64,000 nt of DNA, from assembly GCA_963795085.1 (NCBI GenBank), contig CAWCFX010000004.1, forward strand, positions 1-64,000, written 5' to 3'. Below, one piece after another: positions 60,517 to 64,000 of this stretch. The translations under genes and the position numbers were made by a program. Under the pieces are notes generated by a model that saw nothing but the letters and a program-made list of their open reading frames with translations, was not told the DNA's origin and did no database searches. Within the stretch, counting starts at the first letter, position 1. Every line of letters begins with the position of its first letter. This stretch comes from an uncultured Gemmatimonadales bacterium. GTDB lineage: Bacteria; Gemmatimonadota; Gemmatimonadetes; Gemmatimonadales; GWC2-71-9.

Positions 60517-61973
60517 CGCCGTCCCCGGAGTTTCTTGACGTCGCTGAAAATGCTCTTCATCCAGTCCTGAACGGTGTTGGTACTGACCTGCTTCTGCATG
60601 ATGCGGAGCCGGACGGCCCGCTCCCGGGGACCCATCGACAGCGCCACATGAAGCGTCCTGGCCAGCGACACCTCATCGTACGGGTTGATCAGCAGGGCGC
60701 CTTCCAGTTCTTCGGCCGCGCCGGCGAACTGGCTCAGCAGCAGCACGCCCAGCTTTTCCCCCTGGGCGGCCACGAACTCCTTGGCGACCAGGTTCATGCC
60801 GTCCTGCACCGGCGAGACGATGCAGACCGACGCCGCCTGGTACCACGCCACCAGGGTGGAGAGGTCCAGATTCTCGCGGATGTGCAGGATGGGCTTCCAG
60901 TTGTCCCGCCGGTGGGCCGCGTTGATGTCGCGCACCAGGATCGCGATCTCCCGTTCCAGGTCCTGGTATTCCGAGATGTCGCTGCGGGAAGGAACCGCGA
61001 CCTGGACCAGGGTGACCCGGCCATGCCACTCGGGGTGCTCGTCCAGCATGCGGCCGAACGCCGACAGCCGGTGGGGTATTCCCTTGGTGTAGTCGGCCCG
61101 GTCCACCCCCAGCACCAGCTGGCCGTCGGAGGGCACGTGCTCCCGGATCAGGCGCTTGCTGTGTTCCTGGATCTCGGGCCGGGCCGCCAGCCGATGGATG
61201 GTGCGCACGTCGATGGAGATCGGGTAGGCCCGGATGGTGGTCTTGTGCCCCCGGTAACGCACGACGCCGTTCTTGACGTCGGCCTTGGCGCCGGGAATCA
61301 GGTCGGCCACGCAGGCGATGAAATTGACGACGTGCCGGCGGGTGTGGAATCCCAGCAGGTCGTTACCCAGCAGTCCCCGCAGGAGGGCCCGCGCCGCGGG
61401 CAGCGCCCGCAGGATGTCCGGCGGCGGCCAGGGAATGTGCCAGAACTGGTGAATGAAGAGCCGCGGCGTATGTTGAAGCATCCCGGCAACCAGGCCCAGG
61501 TGGTAGTCGTGCACCCAGACGGTCGCCCGGCGACCCGCCGCCTCTTCGATGGCGGCCCTGGCAAACCGGCGGTTGACCGCCACGTAGGTCTTCCAGGAGT
61601 CGGCGTTGAAGCTGAAATGGGTCAGTTGCAGGTGGCAAAGGGGCCAGAGGGAACGGTTGGCGATGTCCAGGTAGTACGCCTCGATTTCCTTTTCGGTAAG
61701 CGCGATACGCCGGAGCAGGAATGAAGGATTGTCCGGCGGAACCAGGATCCGGCCGTCCCGGTCGGTGACCTCGAAATCGGCGGCGCCGCTTCCCCAGGCG
61801 ATCCAGGTGCCGCCCGTCTCGGTGACGGCCGGCTGGAGGGCGGCGGTCACGCCACCGGCCGGGGACCCCGCCACCGGGGCGCCATCGGGCCCGAAATCGT
61901 GTTCGATGGGTTCCCGGTTGCTGAGAAGAATGAGGCGCGGACCATCAGAACGGGTATTTCGCAGCTTGACCAT
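60513..61973 (-). CDS. otsA: Trehalose-6-phosphate synthase
   Basis: SNREP, WVHDYHL, FWHIPWP, GVDRADYTKG, DGMNLVAKEF. Confidence 0.95.
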   Translation of the reverse strand: MVKLRNTRSDGPRLILLSNREPIEHDFGPDGAPVAGSPAGGVTAALQPAVTETGGTWIAWGSGAADFEVTDRDGRILVPPDNPSFLLRRIALTEKEIEAYYLDIANRSLWPLCHLQLTHFSFNADSWKTYVAVNRRFARAAIEEAAGRRATVWVHDYHLGLVAGMLQHTPRLFIHQFWHIPWPPPDILRALPAARALLRGLLGNDLLGFHTRRHVVNFIACVADLIPGAKADVKNGVVRYRGHKTTIRAYPISIDVRTIHRLAARPEIQEHSKRLIREHVPSDGQLVLGVDRADYTKGIPHRLSAFGRMLDEHPEWHGRVTLVQVAVPSRSDISEYQDLEREIAILVRDINAAHRRDNWKPILHIRENLDLSTLVAWYQAASVCIVSPVQDGMNLVAKEFVAAQGEKLGVLLLSQFAGAAEELEGALLINPYDEVSLARTLHVALSMGPRERAVRLRIMQKQVSTNTVQDWMKSIFSDVKKLRGRR

Positions 61974-62032
61974 GTCTCGCCGGTACGGGATATTCTCAAC
62001 ATAACGAATTTTCTTCCATTCAAGGGAATATC

Positions 62033-62488
62033 ATGTCATCCCGCTGGCTCCTGTTGGGCCTGGCACTGGGATGTGCCCGGCCCGTTCCGCGGCCCCAGCC
62101 CTCGATGGACCCGGGCCGGCTGGACACCCCGCTCCTGCGCCAGTTCACCCACGCGGCGGCCGCCTGGAACCGCGGGGATCTCGAGGCCTTCATGGCGGAC
62201 TATCCGCGGGACAGCACCCCGACCTACGTCGCCGGCACGGAGACCCTTCGCGGCTATGACGCCATCCGCGGCCGCTATGCGCCGAGTTTTGCCCCTGGCG
62301 CCCGGCGGGACAGTCTCCGTTTCGAAAACTTCAGCGTCCGTCCCATCAGCGGCGACTACGCCCTGGTCACGGCCCGATTCATCCTGTATGCCAACGGCCG
62401 GACCACTGCCAGCGGTCCGTTCACACTCCTCATGCACCGGCGCCCGGAAGGGTGGAAGATTCTTCATGACCATTCATCGAGCGATTAG
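62033..62488 (+). CDS. NTF2-like (DUF4440/SnoaL-like) lipoprotein
   Basis: ALGC lipobox; AWNRGDLEAFMADY..GWKILHDHSS. Confidence 0.85.
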   Translation: MSSRWLLLGLALGCARPVPRPQPSMDPGRLDTPLLRQFTHAAAAWNRGDLEAFMADYPRDSTPTYVAGTETLRGYDAIRGRYAPSFAPGARRDSLRFENFSVRPISGDYALVTARFILYANGRTTASGPFTLLMHRRPEGWKILHDHSSSD

Positions 62489-63827
62489 GACCCTTTTCTT
62501 TCCCGCGCTCCTGCTTTGGGCGGCTGCCTGCGGCCGCGGGGAGAAGGACCGGATCGCCCTGGTGGGCGGGACCGTCATCGACATCGGGGACGGCTCCACG
62601 GTACCCAACGCGGTGGTGGTCATCTACAAGACCCGTATCGAAACGGTGGCGTCCGCCGCGGGATTCGAGATTCCCAAGCGAGCCGTGCAGATCGACGTGT
62701 CGGGGCGCTACCTGATTCCCGGCCTGATCGATGCCCACGCCCACGTCCGGCGCTGGGCCCTGCCCCGGTATCTGGCGTATGGGGTCACCACCGTCCGCGA
62801 CCTCCACGGCGCCGGCGACTCCATTGCGGCCCTCCGCGACGAGGTCAACCTTGGTGCCATTCCCGGCCCCCGCATGTTCATCGCGGGGGCCATGATTGAC
62901 GGGCCGTCGTCCAGCTTCGCCGAGGCGGGCCTCGCCCGGACACCGGCGGAGGCCCGGAAACTGGTCGACGACCGGGTCCTGAACCACACCGACCTGATCA
63001 AGGTCTACACCCGGATCACGCCCGACCTGCTCCGCCCCCTGGTCATCGAAGCCGGGACGCTGAGCCTGCCGGTGGCCGCGCACCTGGGACTCACCGATGC
63101 CATCACCGCGGCGCGGGCCGGCGTCCGGAGCATCGAGCACCTCACCGGCGTGCCGGAAGCCGCCGCCAACCCTGCGCCTTTCTTCGCGGCGCATACCCGG
63201 TCGCTCTTCGACGGCTGGAATTACTTCGAGCGAAGCTGGGGCAGCCTCGATTCCACCAGCCTGTCACGGGTGGCGCAGGCGCTGGCGGAATCGCGGGTGT
63301 ACATGGTGCCGACGCTGGTGCTGCACGAGATCTACAGCCGCCTGGACGACCCGGCCATGCTCGCCAACGCCGCCCTGGCCATCGTCCCCGATTCGGAGAA
63401 GACCCTCTGGGACGTACCGAACATGATCCGGCGCGCCGGCTGGACCGCCGCAGACTTTGCGGCCTTTCGGCAGGCCCGGACCAACCAGGACCTGTTCATC
63501 CGGGAGTTCCGCGGCGCGGGAGGGATACTGGTAGCCGGCACCGATGCCTCCAGCCCGATGATCATCCCCGGCCTGAGCCTGCACCGGGAGCTGGAGCTGC
63601 TGGTGGCCGCCGGCCTCTCTCCCCGGGACGCCCTCTCGGCCGCGACCCGGAGCGCGGCGGCGCTGCTCGCCGCCGATTCCCTGGGGCGGATCGCGCCCGG
63701 CAAAGTGGCCGACATCCTCATTCTGACCGCAAATCCGCTGGAGAACATCTCCAATACCCAGACCATCGAACGGGTGATTCTCCGCGGGCTGGTATACGGC
63801 ACCGATTCACTCCGCGCCGACTGGTAA
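62466..63827 (+). CDS. Amidohydrolase family lipoprotein
   Basis: PGLIDAHAH, SIEH, AGTD, GRIAPGKVADILIL..NPL. Confidence 0.92.
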   Translation: MTIHRAIRTLFFPALLLWAAACGRGEKDRIALVGGTVIDIGDGSTVPNAVVVIYKTRIETVASAAGFEIPKRAVQIDVSGRYLIPGLIDAHAHVRRWALPRYLAYGVTTVRDLHGAGDSIAALRDEVNLGAIPGPRMFIAGAMIDGPSSSFAEAGLARTPAEARKLVDDRVLNHTDLIKVYTRITPDLLRPLVIEAGTLSLPVAAHLGLTDAITAARAGVRSIEHLTGVPEAAANPAPFFAAHTRSLFDGWNYFERSWGSLDSTSLSRVAQALAESRVYMVPTLVLHEIYSRLDDPAMLANAALAIVPDSEKTLWDVPNMIRRAGWTAADFAAFRQARTNQDLFIREFRGAGGILVAGTDASSPMIIPGLSLHRELELLVAAGLSPRDALSAATRSAAALLAADSLGRIAPGKVADILILTANPLENISNTQTIERVILRGLVYGTDSLRADW

Positions 63828-63830
63828 CCG

Positions 63831-64000
63831 ATGTCCTTGTCGCGGCTGCTGCTCGCGTGGGTGCTGGTCAGCGCATGGTTCCTGGCCGTCGAACAGATAG
63901 AGAAACGACTGGCCGGCTCCCCCGCCGCCGGCCGGCTCCGCGCGGGCTGGAGGGTGTACCTCGCCGACGCGCTGCTCCTGACGCTGTTCGCCGGCCTGTG
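63831..64000 (+). CDS. Membrane protein, partial (runs off the window)
   Basis: ATG 3 bp after the amidohydrolase stop; open hydrophobic frame MSLSRLLLAWVLVSAWFLAV. Confidence 0.6.
   Translation, partial: MSLSRLLLAWVLVSAWFLAVEQIEKRLAGSPAAGRLRAGWRVYLADALLLTLFAGL

Noticed and set aside
61899..62465. N-terminal extension of the amidohydrolase ORF
   Set aside because: It overlaps otsA and the NTF2-like gene; a lipoprotein signal begins at ATG 62466.
1..64000. tRNA, rRNA, riboswitch, integrase, transposase or prophage genes
   Set aside because: None recognised by eye; an Infernal/tRNAscan/HMM run would be needed to exclude them formally.

Overview
High-GC bacterial DNA. The gene repertoire (six-bladed beta-propeller paralogs, a BTAD/AAA sensor, an ECF sigma/HEAT operon) suggests Gemmatimonadota, which is an inference. 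Bases 1-4.9 kb are a lower-GC, heavily frameshifted block that hides a ZU5-like + Amidase_2 + beta-propeller fusion gene and small Zn-finger/membrane genes. Bases 6.2-15 kb hold a 21-22 bp periodic repeat array upstream of a helical orphan gene. The 3' end and terminator of that gene recur 7.1 kb downstream, bracketing an internally duplicated Kelch gene and a frameshifted SARP/BTAD-AAA transmembrane sensor. Bases 15-25 kb are single accessory genes separated by dense mosaics of REP/MITE-like and 7-9 nt tandem repeats. Bases 25-41 kb contain a two-permease RND exporter plus MFP and an AraC-like regulator, divergent from a secreted 12-Cys peptide gene that is followed by several beta-propeller paralogs; this is the best candidate for an undescribed system. 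Bases 41-64 kb are mostly ordinary: a cNMP-patatin, an ECF sigma/anti-sigma/HEAT/DUF5916 operon, a DASS transporter, ArsR-SRPBCC, an MDR dehydrogenase, an Ig/TolB protein, a histone H1-like protein, otsBA and an amidohydrolase. I saw no rRNA, tRNA, CRISPR-cas, integrase, transposase or reverse transcriptase. All product calls come from reading motifs by eye, not from database searches.
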